From Thiotrichales bacterium (GTDB lineage Bacteria; Pseudomonadota; Gammaproteobacteria; Francisellales; CACEW01), in contig CANJQG010000004.1 of NCBI GenBank assembly GCA_947476405.1, positions 12,085 to 76,084 on the forward strand: 64,000 nt of DNA, in the 5' to 3' direction. A program made the translations under genes and the position numbers. Shown in pieces: positions 10,591 to 21,177 of this stretch (the first letter of the stretch is position 1; every line of letters starts with the position of its first letter). Under the pieces are notes generated by a model. It was given only the letters and a program-made list of their open reading frames with translations. It ran no database searches and was not told the DNA's origin.

Positions 10591-12144
10591 ATGACAAAAC
10601 AGTTAAGTAGTACTGAAATCACCAAACTCATCAAAGAACGAATTGAACATTTCGAAACCGGCCCTGAAATCCGCCGTGAAGGCACGATTGTCAGCGTTCG
10701 CGATGGCGTGGTGAAAATCTATGGCTTGACCGATGTCGCCTATCACGAAATGCTTGAATTTGAAGGCGGCCTGTTTGGCATTGCTTTAAATCTCGAACGC
10801 GATAATGTCGGTGCAGTGGTTTTAGGCATGGCAAATGATTTGGCTGAAGGTCAGAAAGTTCGAGCAACGGGACGCATTCTGGAAGTCCCTGTTGGCCCCG
10901 AATTATTAGGTCGCGTTGTGGACGCACTGGGCAACCCCCTTGATGGAAAGGGCCCCATCGCCACCACACAATTTTCCACCGTTGAAAAAGTAGCGCCAGG
11001 TGTCATTGCCCGTCAAAGCGTCGATCAACCGCTTCAAACCGGAATCAAAGCGATTGATGCGATGGTTCCCATTGGACGCGGTCAGCGTGAATTAATCATC
11101 GGCGATCGACAAACAGGTAAAACCGCGGTCTGCATCGATGCGATCATCAACCAAAAACACACCGGCGTTAAATGTATTTATGTAGCCATCGGGCAAAAAG
11201 CATCCAGCGTTGCAGCCGTTGTCCGAAAATTAGAAGAACATGGCGCCTTATCGAATACCATCATCGTTGTCGCAACCGCATCAGATGCAGCTGCATTACA
11301 GTTTCTGGCCCCTTATTCAGGGTGTGCCATGGGCGAATACTTCCGGGATCGCGGTGAAGATGCGCTGATTGTTTATGATGATTTGACCAAGCAAGCCTGG
11401 GCTTATCGCCAAATGTCCCTCTTATTGCGTCGCCCACCAGGACGTGAAGCTTACCCTGGTGATGTATTCTATCTGCATTCTCGTCTGCTCGAACGCGCTG
11501 CACGCGTCAATGCCGCTTATGTTGAAAAACTTACCAACGGTGAAATCAAAGGCAAAACAGGTTCATTAACCGCTATTCCCATTATCGAAACGCAAGCAGG
11601 CGATATTTCGGCGTTTGTTCCAACCAATGTCATTTCGATTACAGACGGACAGATTTTCTTAGAAAGCGGCTTATTTAATGCAGGCATTCGTCCTGCCATC
11701 AATGCTGGCGCATCCGTATCGCGTGTTGGGGGTGCCGCCCAAAGCAAAATTATTAAAAAACTCGGGGGGGGGGTTCGTTTAGCTCTGGCGCAATTCCGTG
11801 AACTCGAAGCGTTTGCGCAATTTGCCTCCGATTTAGATGATGCCACCCGCAAGCAATTAGAACGCGGTCAACGGGTCATGGAACTCATGAAACAAAAGCA
11901 ATATCGCCCGCTCTCTGTTGCTGAAATGGCGATCTCTTTATTTGCAGTTGAACGCGGTTTATTGGATGATGTGATCATCCCTAAAATCGTGTCTTTTGAA
12001 ACAGATCTCCATCAATACATGAATGATAAACATAAAGCATTTATGGATGAAATCAATGCGCATTGTGGTTTTGATGACAAAATTGCAGATCAGATGAAAG
12101 AGGCCATTATTGCCTTTAAAAAATTAGGAAACTGGAACGCATAA
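10591..12144 (+). CDS. atpA: F0F1 ATP synthase subunit alpha
   Basis: Walker A GDRQTGKT, plus [27 protein letters not shown]. Confidence 0.97.
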   Translation: MTKQLSSTEITKLIKERIEHFETGPEIRREGTIVSVRDGVVKIYGLTDVAYHEMLEFEGGLFGIALNLERDNVGAVVLGMANDLAEGQKVRATGRILEVPVGPELLGRVVDALGNPLDGKGPIATTQFSTVEKVAPGVIARQSVDQPLQTGIKAIDAMVPIGRGQRELIIGDRQTGKTAVCIDAIINQKHTGVKCIYVAIGQKASSVAAVVRKLEEHGALSNTIIVVATASDAAALQFLAPYSGCAMGEYFRDRGEDALIVYDDLTKQAWAYRQMSLLLRRPPGREAYPGDVFYLHSRLLERAARVNAAYVEKLTNGEIKGKTGSLTAIPIIETQAGDISAFVPTNVISITDGQIFLESGLFNAGIRPAINAGASVSRVGGAAQSKIIKKLGGGVRLALAQFRELEAFAQFASDLDDATRKQLERGQRVMELMKQKQYRPLSVAEMAISLFAVERGLLDDVIIPKIVSFETDLHQYMNDKHKAFMDEINAHCGFDDKIADQMKEAIIAFKKLGNWNA

Positions 12145-13001
12145 TGGCCACCGCAAAGGAAATTAAAAGCCGCATCCGCAGTATCGAAAGCACGAAAAAA
12201 ATCACGCGTGCTATGGAACTGATTGCAGCCAGTAAACTACGTAAAGCACGCGACCGCGTTGAGGCCAGCAAGCCTTATGCAGCGCGGATTTTAGAAGTAA
12301 TTAGCCATATTGCGAATGCAAAAACAGAATACAATCACCCTTATCTTGCTCAGCGTGATGTCAAACGGATTGGCATTTTGCTGGTTTCGACAGATCGCGG
12401 CCTCTGCGGTGGTCTAAATAATCATCTTTTCAAAAAAGCATTGCAGCAAATCAAAATCTGGCAAAGCCAAAATATTGAGATTGATGTCGCCTTAATTGGC
12501 CATAAAGCGGAGCTGTTTTTCAAGCGTTTGCCTGTGAAAGTGGTGGCTTATGCACATCATCTTGGCGATGCACCAACCAGCCAAGATATTATCGGTTCCG
12601 TTCGCGTCATGCTGGATGCGTTTGTCGAAGGGAAAATTGATGAGTTGCATCTTTTTAGCAATACCTTTATCAATACGATTAAGCAAACCCCTAAAAGTCA
12701 TTTACTCTTGCCGGTTGGAATTCCTGAAGATCAACGAACCAGCCATTGGGATTATATTTATGAACCCGATGCAAAGTCTCTACTGACCTTGCTTTTGGAG
12801 CGTTATGTTGAGTCCATGACCTATCAAGGCGTGGTAGAAAATATAGCCTGCGAGCAAGCTTCACGCATGATGGCGATGAAAAATGCTTCGGATAATGCAA
12901 CTGAAGTCATTGATGAACTAAAATTAGATTATAACAAAGCGCGTCAAGCGTTGATTACCAAAGAGTTGTCTGAAATTGTTTCAGGATCTGAAGCAATCTA
13001 A
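12144..13001 (+). CDS. atpG: F0F1 ATP synthase subunit gamma
   Basis: IKSRIRSIESTKKITRAMELIAASKLRKA N-terminus and C-terminal ARQALITKELSEIVSG. Confidence 0.95.
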   Translation: MATAKEIKSRIRSIESTKKITRAMELIAASKLRKARDRVEASKPYAARILEVISHIANAKTEYNHPYLAQRDVKRIGILLVSTDRGLCGGLNNHLFKKALQQIKIWQSQNIEIDVALIGHKAELFFKRLPVKVVAYAHHLGDAPTSQDIIGSVRVMLDAFVEGKIDELHLFSNTFINTIKQTPKSHLLLPVGIPEDQRTSHWDYIYEPDAKSLLTLLLERYVESMTYQGVVENIACEQASRMMAMKNASDNATEVIDELKLDYNKARQALITKELSEIVSGSEAI

Positions 13002-13008
13002 AATTTGA

Positions 13009-14400
<1,392 letters not shown>

Positions 14401-14402
14401 TT

Positions 14403-14834
14403 ATGAAAACGCCTTCCACCATGAAAGTGACTGTCGTCAGTCAAGAAGCCGAAATGTATTCTGGTGAAGCCACTCGCGTCTATATTCGTGGCGCGATGGG
14501 CGAGCTGGGTATTGCTCCAGGTCACTTGCAATTATTAACGACCATCAAACCCGGCCCCTTGCGCTTAATTCACGGCGTAGACGAACAGGAAGAGTTACTC
14601 TATGTATCCGGCGGCATTCTCGAGATTCAACCCGATTGTGTTTCAATTCTAGCCGATACTTTGGAGCGCCCTCAAGATGTAAATGAAGCCGCAGCGTTAG
14701 AAGTTAAAAAAGCCGCAGAAGATTTACTGTTAGGACAACAAGAACCGCTTGATCGTATGCGTATTCAAGCAGAGCTGACCGAAGCACTCGCTAAATTAGA
14801 AGTGCTTGAATTGATGCGCAATCGGACGAAATAA
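14403..14834 (+). CDS. atpC: F0F1 ATP synthase subunit epsilon
   Basis: Last gene of the operon. VVSQEAEMYSGEA...GIAPGHLQLLT resembles epsilon N-terminal beta-sandwich motifs. Confidence 0.9.
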   Translation: MKTPSTMKVTVVSQEAEMYSGEATRVYIRGAMGELGIAPGHLQLLTTIKPGPLRLIHGVDEQEELLYVSGGILEIQPDCVSILADTLERPQDVNEAAALEVKKAAEDLLLGQQEPLDRMRIQAELTEALAKLEVLELMRNRTK

Positions 14835-14875
14835 TCAACCCGCATAACATGCCCGTAATGATAAAGGTAATTTTA

Positions 14876-15826
14876 TTATAAAAAAGCATCGCTGAAAATC
14901 TGTGAGGAGGGTACGCCCGCACAAAAGGCTTTCATTTTTAATTGATGGGTGATTTCAGAGGGACCACAGATAAAAACTTTCAAGTTTTTTGGATGGCTCA
15001 TATAGCCTAAAATATAGTGCTCAATGGACTCAGACGGGCCGGAATCACTTTTTAAAACACAACGATGGTAATGAAATTGAGGATAGAAGGCGGCAAGATT
15101 TTTGAGTTCATTCACGCAATACAAGTCTTGATTTGTCAGACAAGCATGGATCAAATTGATTTCTCCTCTATGTTGTTGTGATAAGGCATCACGGACAATG
15201 GCTAATAATGGTGCAAGTCCGGTTCCTGTTCCGGCAAGCAATATATCATAATTTAATTTTTGTGGATTGAAATAAAAGCACTTTCCCAATGGACCTCTAA
15301 TTTTGATTAGATCATTGATCTTTGCTTCTTTTTGCAGCCATTGGCTCATGGCACCTTGATTAAGAAGCTTAATATGTAGCTCAATAAAACCATCTTGCAT
15401 AGGGAGATTGGCAATGGAATAGCTCCGGATGATCCCTTGTGGATGAACCCAATTCAAGTATTGACCCGGTGTCCAGGGCATCAAATTTTCAACAGAAAGC
15501 CTGACTTGCAAAACATTATGATTGAGTTTATTTAAACTTAGAATCTGCGCATTTACTTCACATTCATTGGCCAGTGGGGGCAGAAGCTTTAGATCATGAC
15601 AGGGCTTGGCAAGACAAGCCAAAAAATAGCCCTGTGCTTTCAATGTTTCCTGTATGCCTTCCTGCCAAGCCGTTTCAATCTGTCCTGTGCTTTTGATCAG
15701 GCAAGACTGACAGACCCCAGCCTGACAGGAGTGAGGGTATTCAATGCTATGCCGAAGCAAGCATTCTAAGACGGTCTCACCTGCATTCAGCTGATACTCT
15801 TTGTCTCCATAAACGAGCTGAGCCAT
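14876..15826 (-). CDS. Ferredoxin-NAD(P)H reductase-type oxidoreductase (N-terminal plant-type 2Fe-2S ferredoxin plus FNR-like FAD/NAD module)
   Basis: C-x4-C-x2-C (HSCQAGVCQSC) plus a distal Cys (FLAC). RSYSIAN (RxYS FAD motif), GTGTGLAPLLAIV (NAD-binding) and a VFICGP tail. Lies 6 nt downstream of the globin gene. Confidence 0.8.
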   Translation of the reverse strand: MAQLVYGDKEYQLNAGETVLECLLRHSIEYPHSCQAGVCQSCLIKSTGQIETAWQEGIQETLKAQGYFLACLAKPCHDLKLLPPLANECEVNAQILSLNKLNHNVLQVRLSVENLMPWTPGQYLNWVHPQGIIRSYSIANLPMQDGFIELHIKLLNQGAMSQWLQKEAKINDLIKIRGPLGKCFYFNPQKLNYDILLAGTGTGLAPLLAIVRDALSQQHRGEINLIHACLTNQDLYCVNELKNLAAFYPQFHYHRCVLKSDSGPSESIEHYILGYMSHPKNLKVFICGPSEITHQLKMKAFCAGVPSSQIFSDAFL

Positions 15827-15832
15827 GATAAT

Positions 15833-16201
15833 TTAACGGTCTAAAACGTCATCACGGACACTATTTGCAATTGCAGCGACTTCAGCAATATCGGCATCTT
15901 GAACGCCGAGCTCTTTCAAAGTGCCCCCCAAAAGCGCTATGATCACATCCACATGCGTATCATTTAGGCCTCTTGCAACTAAATGGCGATGACCATCACG
16001 CATGCTCTGACCGCTGTAATGATTAGGGCCACCAAAAACCATGGTTAGAAACCCTTTTTGCTTATTGATTTGTTTTTCCATATCAACGCCTTCAAAAAAG
16101 AAGTTGACACGATCATCTGCCAAAACTTTCCTGTAAAAAATATCCACTGCGGCATTCACCGCATCTGCTCCGCCTAAGCGTTCATAAAGGCTTTTAGTCA
16201 T
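15833..16201 (-). CDS. glbN: Group I truncated haemoglobin (trHbN)
   Basis: SLYERLGG, FGGP and MRDGHRHL (proximal His region) are characteristic of 2-on-2 globins. The start is set at ATG 16201, preceded by GGAGAG. The track ORF starts at 16213. Confidence 0.85.
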   Translation of the reverse strand: MTKSLYERLGGADAVNAAVDIFYRKVLADDRVNFFFEGVDMEKQINKQKGFLTMVFGGPNHYSGQSMRDGHRHLVARGLNDTHVDVIIALLGGTLKELGVQDADIAEVAAIANSVRDDVLDR

Positions 16202-16219
16202 GATACTCTCCATTGGTTA

Positions 16220-16242
16220 AACATATATTTGAAATACATGTT
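16220..16242. promoter_or_regulatory. Candidate NsrR operator: 11-1-11 AT-rich palindrome in the glbN / nsrR divergent region
   Basis: AACATATATTT-G-AAATACATGTT has 10 of 11 complementary pairs (counted). From memory, it resembles the published gammaproteobacterial NsrR box (..ATGyAT-N5-ATrCAT..). It abuts a TATAAT at 16242-16247 facing nsrR. Confidence 0.5.
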
Positions 16243-16286
16243 ATAATACTGCATAATGATTGTCAATATACAAAACAGGCTTATCC

Positions 16287-16715
16287 GTGCAGCTGACTCA
16301 ATTTACAGATTATTCATTAAGGGCTTTAATTTTTATTACGCTTAAGCAACAAACTTGTACGATTACTGAAATCGCTCAGGCCTATGGTATTTCTCAGCAT
16401 CATTTGACCAAAATCATCCATAATCTCTCAAAATTAGGCATCATCAAAACAGTGCGTGGCCGGAATGGAGGCATAAGTCTAGCAGTCGATGCGCAAAGCT
16501 TAAATCTGAAAACATTGATTTTACAATTAGAGCCACATTTTGATATCGTTCCTTGTTTCAATGTCAAAAAACAAAATTGTTGTATTGCTCCCTCCTGTAA
16601 ACTGAAACGGGTTCTACATGACGCTCAGCGAGCATTTTTTAAAGTACTGGAGCAGGTGACATTGGCAGATGTTTTAGAAAATAAGCAAGATCTTCAAGGA
16701 TTATTAGGATTATGA
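16287..16715 (+). CDS. nsrR: Rrf2-family transcriptional regulator, NsrR-like (NO-sensing Fe-S repressor)
   Basis: (V)QLTQFTDYSLRALIF... wHTH typical of Rrf2, and a Cys cluster C-x8-CC-x4-C (CFNVKKQNCCIAPSC). Divergent from the globin-reductase pair. The GTG 16287 start matches the canonical MQLT..TDY N-terminus. The track ORF starts at TTG 16260. Confidence 0.75.
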   Translation: MQLTQFTDYSLRALIFITLKQQTCTITEIAQAYGISQHHLTKIIHNLSKLGIIKTVRGRNGGISLAVDAQSLNLKTLILQLEPHFDIVPCFNVKKQNCCIAPSCKLKRVLHDAQRAFFKVLEQVTLADVLENKQDLQGLLGL

Positions 16716-16743
16716 TATAAACTCATTTCAATGAGCATATTTT

Positions 16744-18375
16744 TTAAGAGAATGCATTTCTTTGGATAGCGCGCAACTCTTTCTTCAGAATTTTACCTAC
16801 TGTACTTTTAGGTAAAGCCTCCACAAACTCAACTTCATGCGGGCATTTGTAAGCAGCCAAATTTTTATGTGCAAAATCAATAACCTCCTTACTTGTTAAC
16901 ACCGCATTTTTCTCTTTAACCACAAAAGCTTTGACGACCTCCCCATGATCTAGATCAGGAATGCCAATCACGGCGACTTCGTTAATTTTCGGAATGATTT
17001 TAAGCATATTTTCGACTTCTGCAGGATAGACATTAAAGCCTGACACAATAATCATATCTTTAAGGCGATCAACGATATAACAAAACCCAGCCTCATCAAT
17101 ATAGGCTGCATCGCCAGTATGCAACCACCCCTCATACAGAACAGCGTCAGTCTCATGAGGACGCTGATAATAACCTTGCATGACTTGCGGACCCTGCACG
17201 CATAATTCGCCAATCGTATTGAGAGGCAAATCATCACCCTGCGGATCTTTAATCGTGATTTTTGTATCCAAAATCGGCAATCCGATACTGCCACTAAAGC
17301 GAGGGGCATCAAAAGGCGTAATCGTCACCACTGGCGAGGTCTCAGTCAGACCATACCCTTGAATCAAAACATGACCCGTCACTTTTTGCCATTCATCCGC
17401 CACCGCTTTTTGTACCGCCATGCCGCCCCCAATCGTTAGCTTAACCCGAGAGTGATCCATCTCACAAAAAGGCTGATGATGCAAAAGCGCATTAAACAAA
17501 GTATTTACGCCACTAAAACAGGTATAATGACTTTTCTTCATGACTTTAACGAGATCTGCAATATCACGCGGATTGGGAATCAACACATTTTCCCCACCCA
17601 TATCGACAAACAAAAAGCAGTTCACAAGCAAAGAAAAAATATGATATAAGGGCAGCGCCGTGATAATAACTTCCTGGCCTTCCTGCAAATCATTCTCGAT
17701 CCAACTGCGCACTTGAAACAAATTAGACATCAAATTTGAATGAGATAGCATCACGCCCTTGGCAATACCCGTCGTTCCACCTGTATATTGAATAAAAGCT
17801 AAATCTTCGGGCAAGACCTTCACCGCTGTAAACGAAGATTTATGCCCAAGTTGAAGCACCTCTTGAAATCCAATTGAATGCGGAAAATAATAGTCCGGCA
17901 CTTGATGCGCAATGTGACGCAAATATTGATCCACAAAAAAACCTTGAATCGCTGGCAGTTGGCCCCCAATCGATGTCACGATCACTTTTTCAATCTGCGT
18001 TTCAGACAAAGCAAGCGAAAGTTCATGCGCAAAGTTTTCCAAAACTACGATTACCCGCGCGCCGGAATCTTTGAGCTCATGAGCAATCGAAGGGGCCTTA
18101 TCCAACGGATTGATATTTACAATCGTTAATCCTGCTAATACTGCACCAAACACGACAATCGGATATTGCAAAATATTCGGCAGCATGATGGCCAAACGAT
18201 CGCCTTTAACGAGATTGAGTTTAGACTGACAATAATGCGCAAAATCGCGCGCATCAATATAAAGTTCAGAAAACGTAATACTCGCCCCCAGGCAGGTAAA
18301 TGCTTTTTTGTCAGGAAAGGTTTGCTCTGCTCGAATGATTAAGTCTTGCAAGGTTTCGCTTCGGTCATTCATCAA
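16744..18375 (-). CDS. fadD: Long-chain fatty-acid--CoA ligase (AMP-binding enzyme)
   Basis: AMP-binding signature YTGGTTGIAKGVMLSH, GYGLTETSP, TGD...DEAGF.YIVDRLKDMI, C-terminal GKILKKELR. Confidence 0.85.
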   Translation of the reverse strand: MMNDRSETLQDLIIRAEQTFPDKKAFTCLGASITFSELYIDARDFAHYCQSKLNLVKGDRLAIMLPNILQYPIVVFGAVLAGLTIVNINPLDKAPSIAHELKDSGARVIVVLENFAHELSLALSETQIEKVIVTSIGGQLPAIQGFFVDQYLRHIAHQVPDYYFPHSIGFQEVLQLGHKSSFTAVKVLPEDLAFIQYTGGTTGIAKGVMLSHSNLMSNLFQVRSWIENDLQEGQEVIITALPLYHIFSLLVNCFLFVDMGGENVLIPNPRDIADLVKVMKKSHYTCFSGVNTLFNALLHHQPFCEMDHSRVKLTIGGGMAVQKAVADEWQKVTGHVLIQGYGLTETSPVVTITPFDAPRFSGSIGLPILDTKITIKDPQGDDLPLNTIGELCVQGPQVMQGYYQRPHETDAVLYEGWLHTGDAAYIDEAGFCYIVDRLKDMIIVSGFNVYPAEVENMLKIIPKINEVAVIGIPDLDHGEVVKAFVVKEKNAVLTSKEVIDFAHKNLAAYKCPHEVEFVEALPKSTVGKILKKELRAIQRNAFS

Positions 18376-18595
18376 AAATAATCCTTGATCATCATCATGA
18401 TAAGGTATTATATGATGTTATTTTGCCATTACCTATCAGATCATTATTTTAGGCTCTATTTTTTAGCCAAACACTTTATCAGAATTGTAAGAAGCCAATT
18501 ATTCGCGAAGCGCTTGATAATAAAGGCTTTGAAGGGGTGGTTTTTAATTCGAATAAGGGGCTGAGTAGTGACTTATATTTTATGTCAATCAGAAA

Positions 18596-18672
18596 TGGCG
18601 CGCCCGGAGAGAGTCGAACTCCCGACCGCCTGGTTCGTAGCCAGGTACTCTATCCAGCTGAGCTACGGGCGC
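18596..18672 (-). tRNA. tRNA-Arg (anticodon ACG)
   Basis: The reverse complement GCGCCCGTAGCTCAGCTGGATAGAGTACCTGGCTACGAACCAGGCGGTCGGGAGTTCGACTCTCTCCGGGCGCGCCA folds as a cloverleaf. The anticodon loop is CT-ACG-AA, the CCA end is encoded, and the sequence is near-identical in pattern to E. coli tRNA-Arg(ACG). Confidence 0.95.
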
Positions 18673-18696
18673 GTCAAGGGGCCCATACTATACAGG

Positions 18697-20013
18697 CTAA
18701 AGCGTTTTGTCAATAGACTTTTCATTGAATAACGCAATACAGCCTTTAAAAAACCGACTATGCACTGGAAAAGCTTCATTTCCATGCCGCGCATCCTGAA
18801 TAAATCGAGGATCTCGAGCAATCAATGCTTCGACTGTTTGAATATCTTTCCGATCTTCTGAATTGACGTGATAGAAATCAAATTTATTATTTTGAACTAT
18901 TCTATATAAATTGGTTCTCGCAATATCGAGATCACGGGATAATAACTCTTTGACATAGCGCTTCAATAACCCCATTAATTCTGATAAATCATTGATATTG
19001 CTTGAAGATAATGCTGATTTTGGAGAGTATTCCACCGAAATAGGCATGCCCAGAGAAGAATATAAAATTTCGCCAGGACGAGAAAGAGAAGGCTGCATAA
19101 TCACAGGAATATAATCTTTTAAACCATACTCATTTAAATAAATCTCTTGAATCAAAGTACGCGGCATAAAAGAGTTATCAGTTGCAGGTTGAAAAGCAGG
19201 GAAAATGCCAGCGGCTACAGCAAATAAATGTTTTGCAGTATCCAGCAAATGCGCGGATTGTTTAAGATTGCGCAAACATTCAATACGTGAAAAAGTGACC
19301 TGCCAACTGAACAAGTTTCGCCAGAATCCAAAAAATTGACGATTATATTCTAAAAAATAGCTTTTAAGCTCATCACAAGCGGGGTCTTTTAATTTTTCAA
19401 TTAATTTTCGCGAAAAAAACACAACCTCAAAAGTCCAATCACAATTTCGCTTGCGCGCGATTTCACTGAAAACAGACCAATGCTCCGTATAATGCTCTGG
19501 CTTTTTAGCCTCTAACTGATAGATTTTTTTAAGTTTATTGAAAGAAAGCATATCTGAAATTTTCGGAAGCATAAACACACTTCGCGCACCGGAAGTGATC
19601 TCCCATAATCCATAATCATTGAAGCGCTGCTGCTTGGTTAAATCATCCAATACAGTCGTCAGACCCAATAAAGAACCAGGCCCATAGACTGAAAATGGAA
19701 CGATTCGATCTTCGACCATAACGAATTGTTCCATTTTATTACGGATAATAATGCCTGCCCCATTCGCATTAATATTATAATTAAGATCAGAGCGGATGGG
19801 CTCCGGCATATCGTGAACTGAGATAACGCTATAGTCTTCTCCAGGCAAATAGAAAACACTATTTTTTAAAATAGATAAACCATAAGGATAACAGGCCGTA
19901 TAAAAGCGATATTCATCATCTAACGATAGCGCATCGAGAAGCCTAGCAAGATGAGGATCCTGTGCCGCCACTTTTGTACGTACACTTTGCCAGTTTCCAA
20001 CACGAAGGCTCAT
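18697..20013 (-). CDS. Hypothetical protein, 438 aa, no recognisable domain
   Basis: Long ORF with ordinary codon composition. Its start overlaps (ATGA-type, 4 nt) the stop of the upstream 64-aa ORF. No TM segments or motifs that I can name. Confidence 0.7.
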   Translation of the reverse strand: MSLRVGNWQSVRTKVAAQDPHLARLLDALSLDDEYRFYTACYPYGLSILKNSVFYLPGEDYSVISVHDMPEPIRSDLNYNINANGAGIIIRNKMEQFVMVEDRIVPFSVYGPGSLLGLTTVLDDLTKQQRFNDYGLWEITSGARSVFMLPKISDMLSFNKLKKIYQLEAKKPEHYTEHWSVFSEIARKRNCDWTFEVVFFSRKLIEKLKDPACDELKSYFLEYNRQFFGFWRNLFSWQVTFSRIECLRNLKQSAHLLDTAKHLFAVAAGIFPAFQPATDNSFMPRTLIQEIYLNEYGLKDYIPVIMQPSLSRPGEILYSSLGMPISVEYSPKSALSSSNINDLSELMGLLKRYVKELLSRDLDIARTNLYRIVQNNKFDFYHVNSEDRKDIQTVEALIARDPRFIQDARHGNEAFPVHSRFFKGCIALFNEKSIDKTL

Positions 20014-20204
20014 AGTTTTTCAATCACCCGACCTACAAAACCAATGACAATCAAGATGATAATCACCTTATAGCTGAGCTTGAGGCTCGTGAATTGCTTC
20101 CAGATTTTTTTTAGAAAGCGCACTTCTTGTGTGGCTTGAGGGGCGGCCTTAAGCGGCTTTTTTGCAATTACTTTTTTTAAAACAGGTTTTTTTTCTTCTG
20201 CCAT
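20010..20204 (-). CDS. Small Lys-rich protein with a C-terminal transmembrane segment (64 aa)
   Basis: MAEEKKPVLKKVIAKKPLKAAPQ... followed by the hydrophobic VIIILIVIGFVGRVI. Translationally coupled to the 438-aa ORF. Confidence 0.5.
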   Translation of the reverse strand: MAEEKKPVLKKVIAKKPLKAAPQATQEVRFLKKIWKQFTSLKLSYKVIIILIVIGFVGRVIEKL

Positions 20205-20371
20205 CAGAGAACTCCTTACCTTTAGCCCATTAAAAAACTAAAATTATTCTAAACTAATTTTATTGAATACTCAAGACATACAAATCAAAATGCTTGCACT
20301 CTTGACAGATAAATAAAATAAAAAAATAATATAATTGCTTTTTATTTTTAATTAAATAGGCGGATGAATAA

Positions 20372-21052
20372 ATGATGAACTCGCATGCAGAATTGACCAA
20401 TGCCACCTCTCCGTACCCTCATGTTGGCGCGACGACGCAAATCCCGGCGCACACTTACCCGAGTAATCCTGGTGATACGGACAGTTTCTTGTATGACCTC
20501 GGGGTCGCGTTCAATTTGGCTGCCCCCCACCCATTGGATCGGCCATCCGATTGTAAGGAGCCCCAGCCTGTTGTTCATACGGAGAGGCCATCCATGGCTG
20601 AGCTCGGCTTCGTGTTCTTTTCCGCAGGCTTGCCAACACCCTTACCGGCTGCGCCATCCTATCATTGCAAGCCCATATTGGCACTTTACCTGCTTGATAT
20701 CGCCCATATCCGCTCGGCGCTTAAATCTGGAGAGGCGCCTCTCGAGCCGATCAGGCGCCCTATACCTGCTAACGATATTCAAGCGGCTTTATTTGCGTTG
20801 CATCACTTTCTCTGCAACAAAACTAACGTCTCTGACACCCAGAAATGTGATACCCTGCGCCAGGCCTTTGATGACTTTCTCAATCACTATCCGCTGACAA
20901 GCACGAGGGAGATCGAGACCCTGGCCGCCTTTTTGCTGGAGTGTTCAAAGCAGAAACCCCTCTTATCCGATGCACTGATGGGCTTGAGCAAGGAATTATC
21001 CGCGCTTGTCAAGCCAACCTATGACTCAAGCAGCGACATTTTCATGCCGTAA
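20372..21052 (+). CDS. Hypothetical Pro-rich protein encoded in a GC-rich patch (226 aa); foreign-origin / effector candidate
   Basis: ORF in a segment with 30/60 and 35/60 G+C in two counted lines, against 13/60 in the line just upstream and 23/60 in the next housekeeping gene. No family recognised. Confidence 0.55.
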   Translation: MMNSHAELTNATSPYPHVGATTQIPAHTYPSNPGDTDSFLYDLGVAFNLAAPHPLDRPSDCKEPQPVVHTERPSMAELGFVFFSAGLPTPLPAAPSYHCKPILALYLLDIAHIRSALKSGEAPLEPIRRPIPANDIQAALFALHHFLCNKTNVSDTQKCDTLRQAFDDFLNHYPLTSTREIETLAAFLLECSKQKPLLSDALMGLSKELSALVKPTYDSSSDIFMP

Positions 21053-21177
21053 TTAAATTAACGAGCATAACCCCATAAAAAGCAGTTGGCCTATTTTGTA
21101 ATGAGTGATTTTAAAAACTTGCATTCGCCCCTCTAAAAAACTATCATTATTTTAAACGCATCCAATGGAAGATTGAA

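Noticed and set aside
10691-11852. Several 60-111-aa ORFs from the track inside or antisense to atpA (10691-10969, 11172-11357, 11261-11503, 11517-11852). Similar embedded ORFs occur in fadD, nuoL/M, cyoB, dabA/B, msbA, mutL and other genes.
   Set aside because: They lie wholly within strongly supported conserved genes in other frames or on the other strand. They have no recognisable motifs and biased, repeat-like amino-acid content, as is typical of shadow ORFs.
18376-18595. Possible genomic-island junction or small gene at the 3' side of tRNA-Arg, including a 55-codon ORF at 18397-18564.
   Set aside because: I could find no integrase and no direct repeat of the tRNA 3' end. The ORF encodes a basic, aromatic-rich peptide of the kind random AT-rich sequence produces.
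20400-20897. A 165-aa ORF in an alternative frame of the GC-rich patch.
   Set aside because: It is Arg/Ser/Leu-rich, as expected for an off-frame read of GC-rich coding DNA. The 226-aa frame is longer and starts just after the AT-rich promoter region.
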